Positions 13,380 to 27,400 of a stretch of 64,000 nt of DNA are shown here, in pieces. A program made the translations under genes and the position numbers. The stretch spans positions 1,426,001 through 1,490,000 of the forward strand of contig OZ024743.1 of assembly GCA_964016885.1 (NCBI GenBank). Reading direction: 5' to 3'. Within the stretch, counting starts at the first letter, position 1. Each line of letters begins with the position of its first letter. The notes beneath the pieces were generated by a model. It was not told the origin of the DNA. It saw nothing but the letters and a program-made list of their open reading frames with translations, and did not search any database. The DNA is from Eledone cirrhosa. Taxonomy: Eukaryota.

Positions 13380-15220
13380 CCGTCCCAAAATTGGGTGGGA
13401 GATCTTCACGTCCGACGGGGAAATTTTACAGGTGTGCATAATTATCTGTGTATAAATTATATAACTATATAGGAGCCACTTCTACAAAATTTAAGGAACG
13501 CTGGTATAATCACAAACATACATTTAATAGATCAGACAGAATTTTTTCAACATCACTTTCACATCTAATTTGGTACTTAAAAGACAATAATATTGACTAT
13601 TCAATCTCTTGAGGAACGATTTCGAAAGCGACCGCATACCGAAATATGGCTCTCTCAAGAATTTGTCATTTGTGTATTGAAGAAATATTCCACATAATTA
13701 CGAATCAAAATGCTATAAACAAAAAGAAAAAATTATTTAATTCTTGTAGACATCGTCAATCTCAGACTATTTGTAGTATCTATAATCTATAGAAAATATT
13801 ATATATAGCCTCTATACCTCACCTGTTTACATTTTATATGTCTTCGCTGTGCTTTGTAGATGTTTCTGTGTTGTTTTTAAATAATATTTTTTAATGTATT
13901 TTTGTTTGTGATGGTTTTAATGATGTTTTCGAATATACTTTTGATGTCTGTAGAATTTCTTCTTAATAGACTCTATAGGCATTGTAAATCCTTACATATA
14001 AATACTTAATACCACTAACCTCTGCATAGATATAAGGAATGCTATCAAAATACATATATAAATTTTTATCTTAGAAAATATGCCATATATGATACTATAA
14101 AATCATATATAAAATAATTTTTCCATATATCATAATTTGAATTTTTTTAAAGTAAGTTCTAGAATAAACGGTAAATATAACTTAAGTACTTTAACTAAGA
14201 AATTTTAGAGTTATCTTTTCCTTTGAAATGTAACATTTTTTCTAAGTAACAGCTAAACTTTACATAAATATGAAATTTCGTAAATTTATTCCTATCTTGA
14301 TGCAACTATTGAATGTACAAAATAATTTTCTATAATAAAATAGAACTACTTCCTGTTTTCTTAAAACATATATTGAAAATGTAAACAAAAATTCATCGTA
14401 ACTCTTCGCATATAAATAATAGTTATATCTATTAATAAAAACAACATATATACTCACTAAAATTATTTATATTTAAATAACCTGTCGTAATATAATAAAA
14501 TAAAATATACTTACAACTCTAATCTTCATAATATATACTTATAAATATTATCTCTATAAAACACACCATTAGAATTGATCAAATCGTATATATGTATACA
14601 ATATATCTCTCACATTTTAAATTAATATTCTCCCACTTTAACACAGTTGTAATTCCCACATTATATTATAGATACTTCCAAAATACATAATTAAATAATT
14701 AAATAATTAAATATAATTATTTCACTTTCTCTGCAACCTCACAAATAGGTTCCATACAATTTATATACATATATCAATATAAATAGTATATTTCTAACTC
14801 TTTATATACTCTTTTCTTATATTATTTCCTTAAATTTCTTCTACCCTAATATTAACCTCTTTCTCCTCTTCCCTTAAAAAAATAATCCTAATAATTATTT
14901 AAATTTACCTAGCGTTAACGATGTTTTTCAATTTTAACGTTATCCTCATTAGTATATTTGAAATTCTTTTTCAGTATTCAAACTGAACTTAAAACGATAA
15001 ATTCTTGTTTTGGATATGTCACTGTCTGTAAAACAACTTTTGTATTTTATCTGATGAGTGCGTACCAAAAATGTTGGTACCGTTGAAATATATATAATAA
15101 AATAAATATGGTTTTATAAAGATAGTTTCCATTTATTAATATTAAGACTTGTAGAGTGCTTCGAATCTGTTATAAATAAATTTGTTGAATAACCAACAAA
15201 TTAAATAACTCTTTGCTTAT
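13380..15220 (+). mobile_element. Degenerate 5'-truncated PLE (GIY-YIG remnant, 3' UTR, hammerhead)
   Basis: YIGATSTKFKERWYNHKHTFN at ~13466 and C-terminal CHLC...SCRH; stops present. Hammerhead at ~15050; ends in (TA)n. Confidence 0.75.
15045..15102 (+). ncRNA. Type I hammerhead ribozyme motif (PLE 3' end)
   Basis: ttttat CTGATGA ..gtaccaa/ttggtac.. GAAA tatata TA ataaaa. Confidence 0.72.
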
Positions 15221-16101
15221 ATATATATATATATGTATGTGTCAAAACAGCCGGAGATCAGCGTCAGGGTCATGACTCTTTTCCTATATATATATATACA
15301 AATATAATTTCAGCGAGATCGTATTTCGGTGGTGGCCAAAATCAAAGCGAAACGCAATCTTCGAGATATGCGGCAAGCGCTCAATGGACTAAAAGAAGAC
15401 CAGAGCAATTAACATACGTTATAGAGACCAGACAAAATGAAAACAGTGGTCGTGAAGTCATCAGCCACCGGAGCCAAAAAGACGAAGCAAGCTAAACAGG
15501 TTAACAAAAGAATTTACCTGGACCTCCTGGAAATTGTTGGTAGAATCCAGTGGGAGGTTTCTGTGACACCTAAATCAATTATATTGCCTGCTTTCGTTGA
15601 AAGCTTCTGGTATAACGATCGATCAAGGCTGCCATTTCGTCAACAGGTATTTTGTTCTCAGCCGGCCAACGGGTTCCAATGCAGTAGTAATGGTGGAGTG
15701 ACTACCTCACGTGTTTACCCTGCCAGGGAGGTAACCCCGGTTTATGGCGGATGCATTCAAAATGTGTAAAAGTATTGCAAGAATTGCAAAATACTGCACG
15801 AATCAAAGTAAGCTCTCGACCGAGTTGTTTTTAAATAAACTTAAGCAATTAATTAGTCAATAGAATTATGTAATAGAATTAACTAATTAATTGCTAGGAG
15901 TTATGGTAATTCAACTTGAATCAAACATTCCACTAGATTTTACCTTAATAGAACTGGTTGTAGGCTAAACGTGTAAACTCTGGATCTTTTCATCGCTGGG
16001 ATTAGCAAAATTAGTAAATATAAGAATCGTATGCATTGCATATAAAAATATTTCTATACGTTACCCACAGAGAACTGATTTTTCTTCTTCAAATATTGTA
16101 G

Positions 16102-16215
16102 AGGCTGATAAATGCAGAAGCAATCCATGTTTAAACGGGGGAACATGCATAAACGGAAATAAAACCTTTACTTGCATATGTAAAAATGGATTCCAAGGTG
16201 ACAACTGCTCATTTG
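16102..16215 (+). CDS. EGF-like exon
   Basis: ttgtAG | ADKCRSNPCLNGGTCINGNKTFTCICKNGFQGDNCSF | GTaggt; 114 bp. Confidence 0.92.
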
Positions 16216-16340
16216 GTAGGTACTATTTATAGCTTCAATAAAACAGTATAGTATAATATTTATATTATATATATGTAATATATTTCAGGTGTTCGCTTTA
16301 ACATATATGTATATATATGTCAAAACTATATGTTTTCGGC

Positions 16341-16387
<47 letters not shown>

Positions 16388-16433
16388 CGTAAAATAAGAA
16401 AATTATAAAATTAACTTACTTACTAAAAAATCA

Positions 16434-16514
16434 CTTCCAACTAATTAGTTTCTGGAATGGAGTAAATATATTTTCCGAAGAAACGTATAGAAAATCATTC
16501 CGTCATCAGGAAAG
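16434..16514 (-). ncRNA. Type I hammerhead ribozyme motif
   Basis: ctttc CTGATGA cggaatg..cattcca GAAA ctaattag TT ggaag. Confidence 0.65.
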
Positions 16515-16785
16515 TCTTTTTCCGTATAGGTCTCCAGGCATAGCGAGGACACTGGAAACTTATTAAAAAAATAATTCAGTGGAATGGAAATAGCGATGCG
16601 TGGACTGGATTCCAAGCCATTGAGAAAATCACTGCCTCTACGTCCGTGGCAAATTCAAAAAGAATCAATCACGTGACATCGAGGTCAATCAGTGGAAAGC
16701 GAGTGGTTATTAAGACAGCGGCTAGCTTACTACCATAGTAGCAGCCATGGCCAAATATTGCTCGACAAATGAATTGGAGATAATT

Positions 16786-17017
16786 ATAAGGAATTTATAT
16801 CTAGTAACATTTAAATACACACAGATGCATATCAATGCTAGCAAATATATAGGTTTTGTCTTATTAACAATGTGGTTCAATGCATGGGGTTGCAGAACAA
16901 TAATATTATTGTTCTGCAACCCCATGCATTGAACCACATTGTTAATAAGACAAAACCTATATATTTGCTAGCATTGATATGCATCTGTGTGTATTTAAAT
17001 GTTACTAGATATAAATT

Positions 17018-17023
<6 letters not shown>
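16786..17023. repeat. Perfect palindrome, ~118-bp arms
   Basis: Centre near 16904; mirrored ORFs appear on both strands in the ORF track. Confidence 0.92.
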
Positions 17024-17098
<75 letters not shown>

Positions 17099-17946
17099 GT
17101 TATACATAAAACTTTGCACCTTCGAAATATATATAATAGAATAAATAGAGATGATATAAATTATATATCTTTCGTTTATTACTATTTTTATTAAAATAGG
17201 ATAAATATATACCGTCGAGTGCTTGGTATCTGTTATATATAAGAATCGGTTGATTACAAATCAACTAACTCTTTTTTCATTGATTAATATATATATATAA
17301 TTGGTGTTGGATGCTTAAAGCGTCCGTATGCGGGAGGCCGTTTGAGCACTCGATGCTCTCATAGAGCAGAGTATGGTATCACAAAAAAAAGAGAATCAGT
17401 TTTGCGACGAATGGAATTTATTGGAAATATTACAATCGTTTCTCTGGCGACCAGCTCGAGGCTCGATCGATATGATGATCGAACCTGACTCTGAAAATCG
17501 CATGGTCCTCAGATACGTCTTGATTCTACGAAGCAGATTTAGGAAAATCTGCTTCGTAGAATCAAGACGTAACTGAGGACCTTGCGATTTATAAAATATA
17601 TATATATATATATATATATAAAACGAAAGAGAAAGAGAGTTATAAACAGAGAGAGAGAGGGCGAATGGGAAAAAGAGTGGGAGAAAGAGAGGGGCGATAG
17701 ATTGCTATTTTAGCATAAATAATTGTTTCTACTTTTGGCACAAGTAATGAACAGTATCGGGTGGAGAAAAATCATTAATGATGGATAAAATTACTGAATC
17801 AGTTGTGCCTACCATTCTCGAACGGTTACTGAAATAGCATTTTAATACCCCTGATGAGTGGTTTACATGTTTTCAATGCATGAACATATTGTATATACCA
17901 TTATATAAACCTCTATGATGAATCACGTATATTTTATTCATTGCAG

Positions 17947-18507
17947 TGTGTGAATATATGGACCTAATGTTTGTATTGGATGAATCCAGGAGCATCAAAT
18001 CAGAAAACTTCAAGCTGATTAAGCAGTTTGTGAAAGAATTGACTGCATCATATCCAATAAGCAACGACGCTGTTCGTGTTGGTGCGATTACATTCAGTAC
18101 AGGTGTAACTGAGGAATTTGATTTAAAGAAATACAACGATATAGATGATGTCAATAAGGCAATTGATGGAATTTCGTACAGCAAAGGATCATACACTTAT
18201 ACACACAAAGCTTTAAATTATCTGAGAACAAATTCTTTCACGGAAAAGGACGGTGATAGAAAACATGTTCCGAATGTGGCTGTAGTTATCAGTGATGGCA
18301 TTTCTTCTGATTCAAAGAAAACAAAATACGAAGCAAAGAAATTGAAGGATATGGGAGTAACAGTTTATACCATTGGTGTTGGAAATGCGGATGAAGAAGA
18401 ACTGAAGAATATCGCCAGCAAACCGAGTTCAAATCATCAATTTTCTGTTAAATCGTTTAAAGATTTAAAGGAACTCAAAAGTAAATTGCTCCGTGAAACA
18501 TGTAAAG
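17947..18507 (+). CDS. von Willebrand factor A (VWA) domain exon, matrilin/collagen VI-like
   Basis: ttgcAG...GTcag; 561 bp, phase 1-1. DLMFVLDESRS (MIDAS DxSxS), RVGAITFS, AVVISDG, VYTIGVG; terminal Cys pair. Confidence 0.95.
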
Positions 18508-18675
18508 GTCAGAATTCAAAATCTTTTACCGTGCATTTACATAGAAATTAAGAGTATTTTGAATGTTTTTAGGAATTAAGCGTTTAATTTTTGTATATAT
18601 TTGTATATGGTATCCATGTTTGAATCATAAATGTGAAATATAACATATCCCTTTGTTGGTATTGATATTCCATAG

Positions 18676-18807
18676 AACGCGACTTTTGTCGAAGTAGTCC
18701 ATGCAAAAACGGAGGAACATGTTTCAGCAATAGCTTCAATTTTACGTGTTCCTGTACTGAACAGTTCGAAGGAAACGATTGTTCAATAGATAAGTATTCC
18801 TTAGAAA
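18676..18807 (+). CDS. EGF-like exon with shifted donor
   Basis: catAG | RDFCRSSPCKNGGTCFSNSFNFTCSCTEQFEGNDCSI. Homologous donor at 18790 is ATAAGT; an in-frame GTAAGT at 18808 adds DKYSLE. Confidence 0.82.
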
Positions 18808-18860
18808 GTAAGTAATACGTTTCGTTTTTCCGAAAGTTATATATATATATATATATATAA

Positions 18861-18967
<107 letters not shown>

Positions 18968-19913
18968 TGCTTAATGGTAGCTATGGTGCTTCCATGGGCG
19001 GTATGCCAGTTGAGCACTCTATGTTCTTACAGAGCAGAGTGTGATATAATATAAAAAACGAAAATTCAGTGATGCATCTAGACTCAGTTTATTGCGTGTT
19101 ACAATTGTTTCGCCGGCAGATAGCTCGAGACATGATCATTGTATGGATCTGCCTGATTCTATAACTGCGGGTTCTTCGGACACATGCAATGCTTTCGGAG
19201 AAAATTTTCTCACTGGGGTGTTAGCTTCAAAAAACACCTTCAAAAAACATCTTCCACTCTTATCTTGCCATTGGCTGTTGTTTTTGCTACGTCATCATAA
19301 ATTCTGGTCAATATTTGCTGCCACACTGGTCATCAGCTACTCTCCGTCCAACACACTTCAATGGACTCATGCTTGGTTTGGTATCTCACCAGTCCACTCA
19401 CACTCACAAATATATACCCACACATACACACACACACATATAAATACACATACACACACACGCAGACACATACATATATATGCATACACATATGTACGCA
19501 CACATATGTAGATATACACACCCATATACATATAAAACACATACTCCCTCTCTTATACACACCCACACACACCCACAACCATATACACACCAACACACAT
19601 GACCACTGGCACCTGCCTATATACCCCCATACATCCGGTCTCACACACACGCACACGCGCACATACGCACACACACGTACACGCATACAAGGACACATAT
19701 CAGCGTTTGCGTACATCTGCACATATACACAAACACGCACAGACATATACATAGACACACACACGCACACACACACGCCTGTCCTTATTGATAGGCACAA
19801 GGACAGACACACATACATACACACATGTATATATATCTACACATATAAATAAACATACAAACAAACCCTGCCCTATGTAGGTGCACATACACACACATAC
19901 ACACACACACAGA

Positions 19914-19958
<45 letters not shown>

Positions 19959-20359
19959 TGGCTCATATACATTCCGACAAATACGCGCCCAATTACCTCC
20001 GTGTCCACAAAGAAGATACACGCACACATGTATATATCTCTGTCCTTACCCCAATGTGATATACTCACAGTCATATAAATCTGCACAAAAGGTCATACAG
20101 GGTCATCCATGGAATGATGCATCCTGTTATACATGCACAAATATAAACCATGTATCCATACACATATGTCCATACATATACATGCAAGCATACATACACA
20201 CGTATAAATAAATAAGCAAATAGAAAAATAGGAAAATAAAAAAATAGGAAAATAAAAAAATAAAATAAGTGAGAAAATTTGGTCCGAAAGCATTGTATGG
20301 GTGCGAAGAACCCGCAGTTATAGAATCAGGCAGATCCATACAATGATCATATCTCGAGC

Positions 20360-21090
20360 TATTAATAAATAAATAAAAAAGAAAAGAAAAATTTAAAAAA
20401 ATAAATATATATATATACCTACACACATACATACACGTATACACACACACACATATACACACACACATACATTAATAACAATAATAATAATAATAATAAC
20501 AACAATAATAATAACGTCAACAACAATAATAATATACATATACATATATATATACACATACACGCACACACATAAGCATATATATACACACACACACACG
20601 ATAGCAACTAACAGTGCTGCGATCGAATGTGGCTTTTTTATGACTGCGAAGATGACTTTTGAGTCCAGCTTTGCTTAGGCAGAGTCTCGCACAGACGCTG
20701 CATGTCAGCACCATAGGAGGACCCTCGCCGTCTGGAAGTGCAACAGCAATGCCCTTCCTCACATCCCGCTTTACTTTCTCGTATGCGATTCGAGATGCCT
20801 CAAAGGCAACTTTGCCCTCATATACAGTCTTTCTCCATTTATTACGATCAGCAGCAATATTTTCCCATGTATCAGCAGAGATGTTAGCGTCTTTCAGAGA
20901 GGCTTTCAAGGAATCCTTATACCTCTTTTTTGGTTTATGTGGCGGTCGTTTTCCTTTAACCCACTCTCCATAAAAGAGTTGTTTTGGTATTCTAGAATCC
21001 TTCATCATGGCAAGGTGACCACTCCAACGGAGTCGTTGCTTAAGCACAAGAGCTTCTATACTGTCACACAAAATTTTCCAAAATCTCGAC
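20360..21090 (-). mobile_element. Second, shorter RTE copy with internal deletion, tandem to the first
   Basis: 20638-21070 is nearly identical to 21805-22235; two zinc fingers deleted; same microsatellite-rich 3' region. Confidence 0.9.
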
Positions 21091-21281
21091 AAACATACAT
21101 ACATACATACATACATACATACATACATACATACATACATACATACATACATACATGATGGCTGCCCCCTCGTTATCGAGTATGGCCATTGCACGAGAAG
21201 AAAAAATAAAATAAAATAAAATAAAAAATAATAATAATAATAAATAAATTTAAAAAAAAAAAAAGAAAAGAAAAGAAAAAA

Positions 21282-21358
<77 letters not shown>

Positions 21359-23420
21359 CATACATATATACATACACACATACATACACATACACTCACA
21401 CATATACACACACATACATTAATAACAATAATAATAATAATAATAATAATAATAGCAATAATAATAATAACGACAACAACAATAATAATATACATATTCA
21501 TATATATATACACACACACGCACGCACATAAGCATATCTACACACACACACACACACACGCGCGATACCAACTAACAGTGCTGCGATCGAATGTGGCTTT
21601 TTAGCCCAGCCAATGATCTAAAATGTCTTGCACAGAGTCGGCAACCAAAACATTCACTGGGAATAGTCGGCTGTGGTTGGAGTTCGTGTACTTTTGCATG
21701 TCGCTTGAGCCCTCCTGCTGATTTACATTCTATACCACATGTTTGGCAAGCATGATGAGTAGCATCTCCAACTGCAGCCTGGTAGTCAACGACTGGTCTT
21801 ACTTTATGACTGCGAAGATGACTTTCGAGTCCAGCTTTGCTTAGGCAGAGTCTCGCACAGACGCTGCATGTCAGCACCATAGGAGGACCCTCGCCGTCTG
21901 GAAGTGCAACAGCAATGCCCTTCCTCACGTCCCGCTTTACTTTCTCGTGTGCGATTCGAGATGCCTCAAAGGCAATTTTTCCCTCATATACAGTCTTTCT
22001 CCATTTATTACGATCAGCAGCAATATTTTCCCATGTATCAGCAGAGATGTTAGCGTCTTTCAGAGAGGCTTTCAAGGAATCCTTATACCTCTTTTTTGGT
22101 TTATGTGGCGGTCGTTTTCCTTTAACCAACTCTCCATAGAAGAGTTGTTTTGGTATTCTAGAATCCTTCATCCTGGCAAGGTGACCACTCCAACGGAGTC
22201 GTTGCTTAAGCACAAGAGCTTCTATACTGTCACACATAGAGCTTTCCAAAATCTCGACATCACTGATGTGGTCCCTCCAGTGAACGCCATGGATCCGTCT
22301 GAGACACATCTGATGGAAACGCTCCAATTGCTTAAGGTGGCGTCGATATGTGACCCAGGTCTCGCAGGCATAAAGAAGACAAGAGAGTACACATGCCCTG
22401 TACACCTTTACCTTTGTCCTCCTGCATATGTCTCGCCGACTCCAGAGTCGCCTTTCTAGCTTTCCGAAAGCATCACTTGCTTTCCTAATCCTAAGTGAGA
22501 TTTCACTGTCAAGGTTGCCGTATCGATTGACAGTGCTTCCCAGGTAGACAAACTGATCAACCACTCCAAGTCGTTTGCCATACACATAGATGTTTGGTTC
22601 AGTGTACTGCTTACTAGGAGCATGTTGGTACATGACGACGGTTTTCTTGAGACTGACAGTCAAACCCAGGGCAGTGCAAGCGTCAGAAAATGCATTCAAA
22701 ATGTGCTGCATATCACTCTCTGTGTGCGCTACAAGATCGCAATCATCTGCATACAAGAGGTCTCTTATGATTGATGTAAATACTTTTGTCTTCGCAGCAA
22801 AGCACCTGATGTTAAATATGCTGCCTGAGGTTCGATATCGGATGTAAACACCATGCTCGCAATTCCTGAATGCAATACAGAAAACCATTGCAAAGTATAT
22901 GGCAAACAGGGTCGGTGCTGGAATATCCCCCTGTTTCACTCCATTTTTTACTGAGATAGGCTCCGACATGTTACCTCCGACATTAACCCAAGCCTCCATG
23001 TCGTCATGGAAAGACCTAACTAAAGCAAGGAACTTATCAGGGCAACCAAGTTTCTGGAGAACCTTCCATAATGCATCTCTGTTGACAGTATCGAAAGCCT
23101 TTGTCAGATCGACAAAAACCTGATACAGATCCAAGCCTTGTTCAATGCACTTCTCCTGGAGCTGTCTAGCTGAGAAGATCATATCAGTAGTGCCGCGTCC
23201 AGCACGAAAACCAGATTGACTTTCAGGAAGAACACAATCTACAATGTGTGTCAGCAGACGGTCCAGAAGCACCCTACATAAAACTTTCCCTACGACAGAA
23301 AGCAATGATATACCTCTGTAGTTCCCACAATCATTCCTGTTACCCTTTCCCTTGTACAAGACCACCATTACTGCATCTCTCCAGTCCTCAGGCACGGATT
23401 CATTAGCCCATATCCCTCCA
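21090..23420 (-). mobile_element. 5'-truncated RTE-clade LINE (RT + three C2H2 fingers), ORF stop at 21572
   Basis: NYRGISLL, PESQSGFR, DLTKAFD, GVKQG, YADD, RLRWSGH, C-terminal CxxC...H fingers. 3' end GGCAGCCATCA + (TGTA)n. Confidence 0.95.
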
Positions 23421-23472
23421 AACATACATACATACATACATACATACATACATACATACATACATACATACA

Positions 23473-23504
<32 letters not shown>

Positions 23505-23505
<1 letters not shown>

Positions 23506-24050
23506 GATAGCTGCAATCGAATTCGAGCAATACCATGGCTAGATACTTATGCATGAGCATCACGGACGCGGCTTTTTAGTCCTGCTAGGGACTTGCCTAT
23601 AGCCAGCTGTACCATGCAACGCAAAAAATGCTACATATCAAGCGATGCCTGTGTTTGAAGCTTTTTTAAGTGAAGAAAGGCTTTGCAAGGGGACAATCCC
23701 ACTCTCTGAACATCGAATTCATTTGCGCAAAAAGAACTGGTCTACATCATTAGATGCATAGGAAGTCGCAGGTTTTTTTTTATATCAGAGTGACCTTCTC
23801 TTAGAGAGATGTCTTAATGAAGACTAAGAATCTCTCGCTCCACAAAAAGAAAAAAATTATTGGATGGCCGTTGACTCTCCTGAGTTCCTCCGCCCTTTGA
23901 CGGGCGTTGTTTTTTATCTCACAGGGTGTCCAAAATCACCCTCCTTACCAAGTAAGCTTGGTCGGGTGGCCAGTTTCGTCGCCGATGATCCGACCATGCA
24001 CAGGTTGTACTGGGTTACATGTTACCAATAGCACTGAACAGCGACCTGAC
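23505..24050 (-). mobile_element. Non-coding ~550-bp retroposon with RTE-like 3' end and (TATG)n tail
   Basis: Homologous to 10500-11050 and 6135-6445; ends GCAGC(C/T)ATC + (TATG)n like the RTE. Confidence 0.65.
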
Positions 24051-24677
24051 ACACTATGAATCTATATGTTGCTAAAGAGACTTTCATAATGTTTTTACAT
24101 ATAATCATATTGTTTATGCTTTCATACCTATGATGAACCACCACTATGTTAATGCCACTTCTAATTCCTTCGCCTTCCTCGGTTAGGTTAGCACTATATG
24201 TAAATGAGCATCTTCAGCCGATGTTTCTTATGCCGAAACATTATAGGTTTTATATATGTTTTTGTTTCAGTAGTGAGGGAGTAAATATAACTGATGACGG
24301 ATAAAAGTTCAGGTGTAGTTATCTGTGGTAGATGTAACATGATCATGGCTTTAAATATATAGCTAGACTCCTGTATCTTTGTCATACATAAACATATCGT
24401 ACACGCTTTCATATCCATCCTAAATTATATATATCTCTTTATATATATATATATATATATATACAGAGAGTGAGGGGGGGGATAGATATGTATGTAGATA
24501 GATTGGTATATGTGTTTGTGTGCGAGCGAATGGTTAAAATGCCCATGTTGTTTATTAGATTAGATTATCACAATGTCGATCTCTAATATAAAAGAAAATT
24601 GTTTAAAATATATTTACGCTAATTTGGAAAACGAATCCTTAGAGTATAATTGTATAATTTTTCTTTTATAATTTCAG

Positions 24678-25238
24678 TTTGTGGGAAAGCCGATATAGTG
24701 TTTGCATTAGATTATTCCTTCAGTGTTGGAAGTGGTAACTTCCAACTTGCTAAAACGTTCGTAAAGAATCTTACATCATCCTTTAATATAGGTCAGGACG
24801 ATGTTCATACAGGTGTCATTTCTTTTGGTAGTTCCTATACCAGGAACTTTAAATTATCTACATATACAAGTGTTGATAGAATCCATTCAGCAATTGATAG
24901 TGTTAAGTATTGGGGAACTGCTCCAACATACACATATAAAGCTTTAAGATACCTAAGGCAATGGATGTTCAGCAAATCATACGGAAACAGAGAAGATGTT
25001 CCTGACATCGCTATAATTATTACTGATGGAATTTTTAGAAACACTTTGAGTGCAATTACGGAGGCAGAGAAACTTCGGAGTGCGGGTGTTACCATTTATA
25101 CAATTGGAGTGGGGAATATTAATCGGAATCAGCTTGAAATTATCGTCAGTCAACCAAGTTCGGGCCACTTATTTATAGTAGATAATTATGGTCAACTAAA
25201 AGAAACAACGAAGGGATTGCTTTCAAAACTATGTCAAA
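24678..25238 (+). CDS. VWA domain exon
   Basis: tttcAG...GTtagt; 561 bp, phase 1-1. ADIVFALDYSFS MIDAS, AIIITDG, IYTIGVG. Confidence 0.95.
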
Positions 25239-25286
25239 GTTAGTATATGACATCTTCCTATTTATATTTGATGTTCATTATTAATA

Positions 25287-25475
25287 AGGCGGTGGATTGG
25301 CAGTATCAGTAGAGGGTCGGACGTCATGCTTTCCAGCATAGTTACGTCCCTTTACGATCTGAGTTCAAATCCCGCCGAGGTTGACTTTGCCTTTCATCCT
25401 TACGGGGTCGATAAAATAAAGTACCAGTAATGCACTGGGTAATTGCTGGCCTTGTGCCTAAAGTAGAAACAATTA
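25287..25475 (+). mobile_element. tRNA-derived SINE family A
   Basis: A-box tggcagtatcagtag, B-box gagttcaaatccc, conserved body gcctttcatccttacggggtcgataaaataaagtaccag, tail cctaaagtagaaacaatt. Confidence 0.9.
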
Positions 25476-25491
25476 TTAATATCCTGAAAAT

Positions 25492-25542
<51 letters not shown>

Positions 25543-26124
25543 CGTGTGTATAATGGTAGCTATGCTGCTTCCATAGGCGGTATACCAAATTTAGCACTCA
25601 ATATTCATCCAGAGCAGAGTGTGAATAGTATAAAAAAACGAAAAATCAGTGATGCATCTAAACTCAGTTTATTACGTGTTACAATTGTGAGAGAATTTGC
25701 TCCGAACGAATTGCCTGTGTCCGAAGGAACCTGCAGCCGTAGAATCAACCAGATCCATACAGTGATCATGTCTCGAGCTACCTGCTGGCGAAACAATTGT
25801 AACACGCAATAAACTTAGTCCAGATGCATCACTGGTTTTTCGTTTTTTTATACTATATATATATATATATATGGTCAAGGCGCTTGGCTTAGTTTACTCA
25901 GCTGTAAAAATGAGTTGCGACGTCACTGGTGCCAAGCTGTATCGGCCTTGGACAACACGGTAGCGTGGAGAGGGGTGACTGGTATGTATGGGGGACAGCT
26001 GGTCTTCCACAAACAAATTTGCCCGGATTGTGCCTCGCAAGGGAACTTTCTAGGTGCAAATCCCATGGTTATTCGTGACCCATGGTTATTCGTGACATAT
26101 ATATATGTTTATATATACACATAT

Positions 26125-26312
26125 AATTGTTTCTACTTGAGACACAAGGCCAGCAATTATCCAGTGCATTACTGGTACTTTATTTTATCGACCCCGTAAG
26201 GATGAAAGACAAAGTCAACCTCGGCGGGATTTGAACTCAGATCGTAAAGGGACGTAACTATGCTGGAAAGCATGGCGTCCGACCCTCTACCGATACTGCC
26301 AATCCACCGCCT
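26125..26312 (-). mobile_element. SINE family A copy
   Basis: Near-identical reverse complement of 25287-25475. Confidence 0.9.
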
Positions 26313-26789
26313 ATATATACACATATAATGTCAAGTATTTCGGTAGAGAGGATGAAGGAAAATAGACCGCTCTATATTATCAACATATCGGAATTATTAT
26401 TAACAGTTATTCGCTATCTTATGTTTCAAAACACATGCTGATTTATTAGCCATAATGTTTTATTAATGATTTTCATCGTAAATAAGAGGACTTACGTCAC
26501 TTTGTATGAGATCCAGGAAGGGGGTTAATATGCTTGATACCTATTTATGTAGCTTTGAATAATTCCTTCTAAAATCGGCACATGTTTAGACATTTATTGG
26601 AAGCGGAATCTCGATTATAATTCCCCAGTACTTAAGTGGTACTTTAATTTATCCACTCAAAATAATAACACTCAAATTCGAATTTAGTGGGATTTGATTT
26701 GAAACCACCGGCAGCCGGAATGAATACTGCAAAGAATTCTATCTATCTAACGATACAGCCATTTGACTGCTTTTTATGTGCCTACAAAT

Positions 26790-26955
26790 AATTGTTTCTA
26801 CTTTTGGCACAAGGCCAGCAATTATCCCAGTGTATTACTGGTTCTTTATTTTATTGAGCCCGTAAGGATGAAAGGCAAAGTTAACCTCGGCAGGATTTGA
26901 ACTCAGATCATAAAGGGCCGTAACCCTTAGCTGCATAGCATGGCGTCCGACCCTT
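26790..26955 (-). mobile_element. SINE family A copy (an older copy lies at ~26590-26770)
   Basis: Same body and B-box. Confidence 0.85.
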
Positions 26956-27366
26956 ACAAATAATGAAGATGCGTCCCAAAAATATATTGTCGAGTTAGTA
27001 CACGAGGGAGATAACTCCTCAAATTTACGTGCACATCTGATAGGCTCGTAACTATACAGAGTCCCCCCCCCACACACACACACTTCAATAGCTTTCTTAT
27101 AAAAATTGCCTGTACAGATAATCAAAGTGTGTATACATTTTGGGGGGACCCCTGTATATTCAAATCCCACTGCCGCCAAGCATGCTATTAATCCTATCGA
27201 GTTCGATAAAATATAGTATCAGCCAAGTACTCTTGTCGATATAATCGACTTTCTCTTCACCAAAAATTGTTGGTTATGTACCGAAATTAGAAGCCATTAT
27301 ACATACATATATCATGAATCTCGAACATGGTAAGTAAGTTATTTTAATATAGAAGATAACGGAGGT

Positions 27367-27400
<34 letters not shown>

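Noticed and set aside
25287-25380. tRNA genes
   Set aside because: A/B boxes belong to multi-copy SINE heads with a common body and tail; no full cloverleaf.
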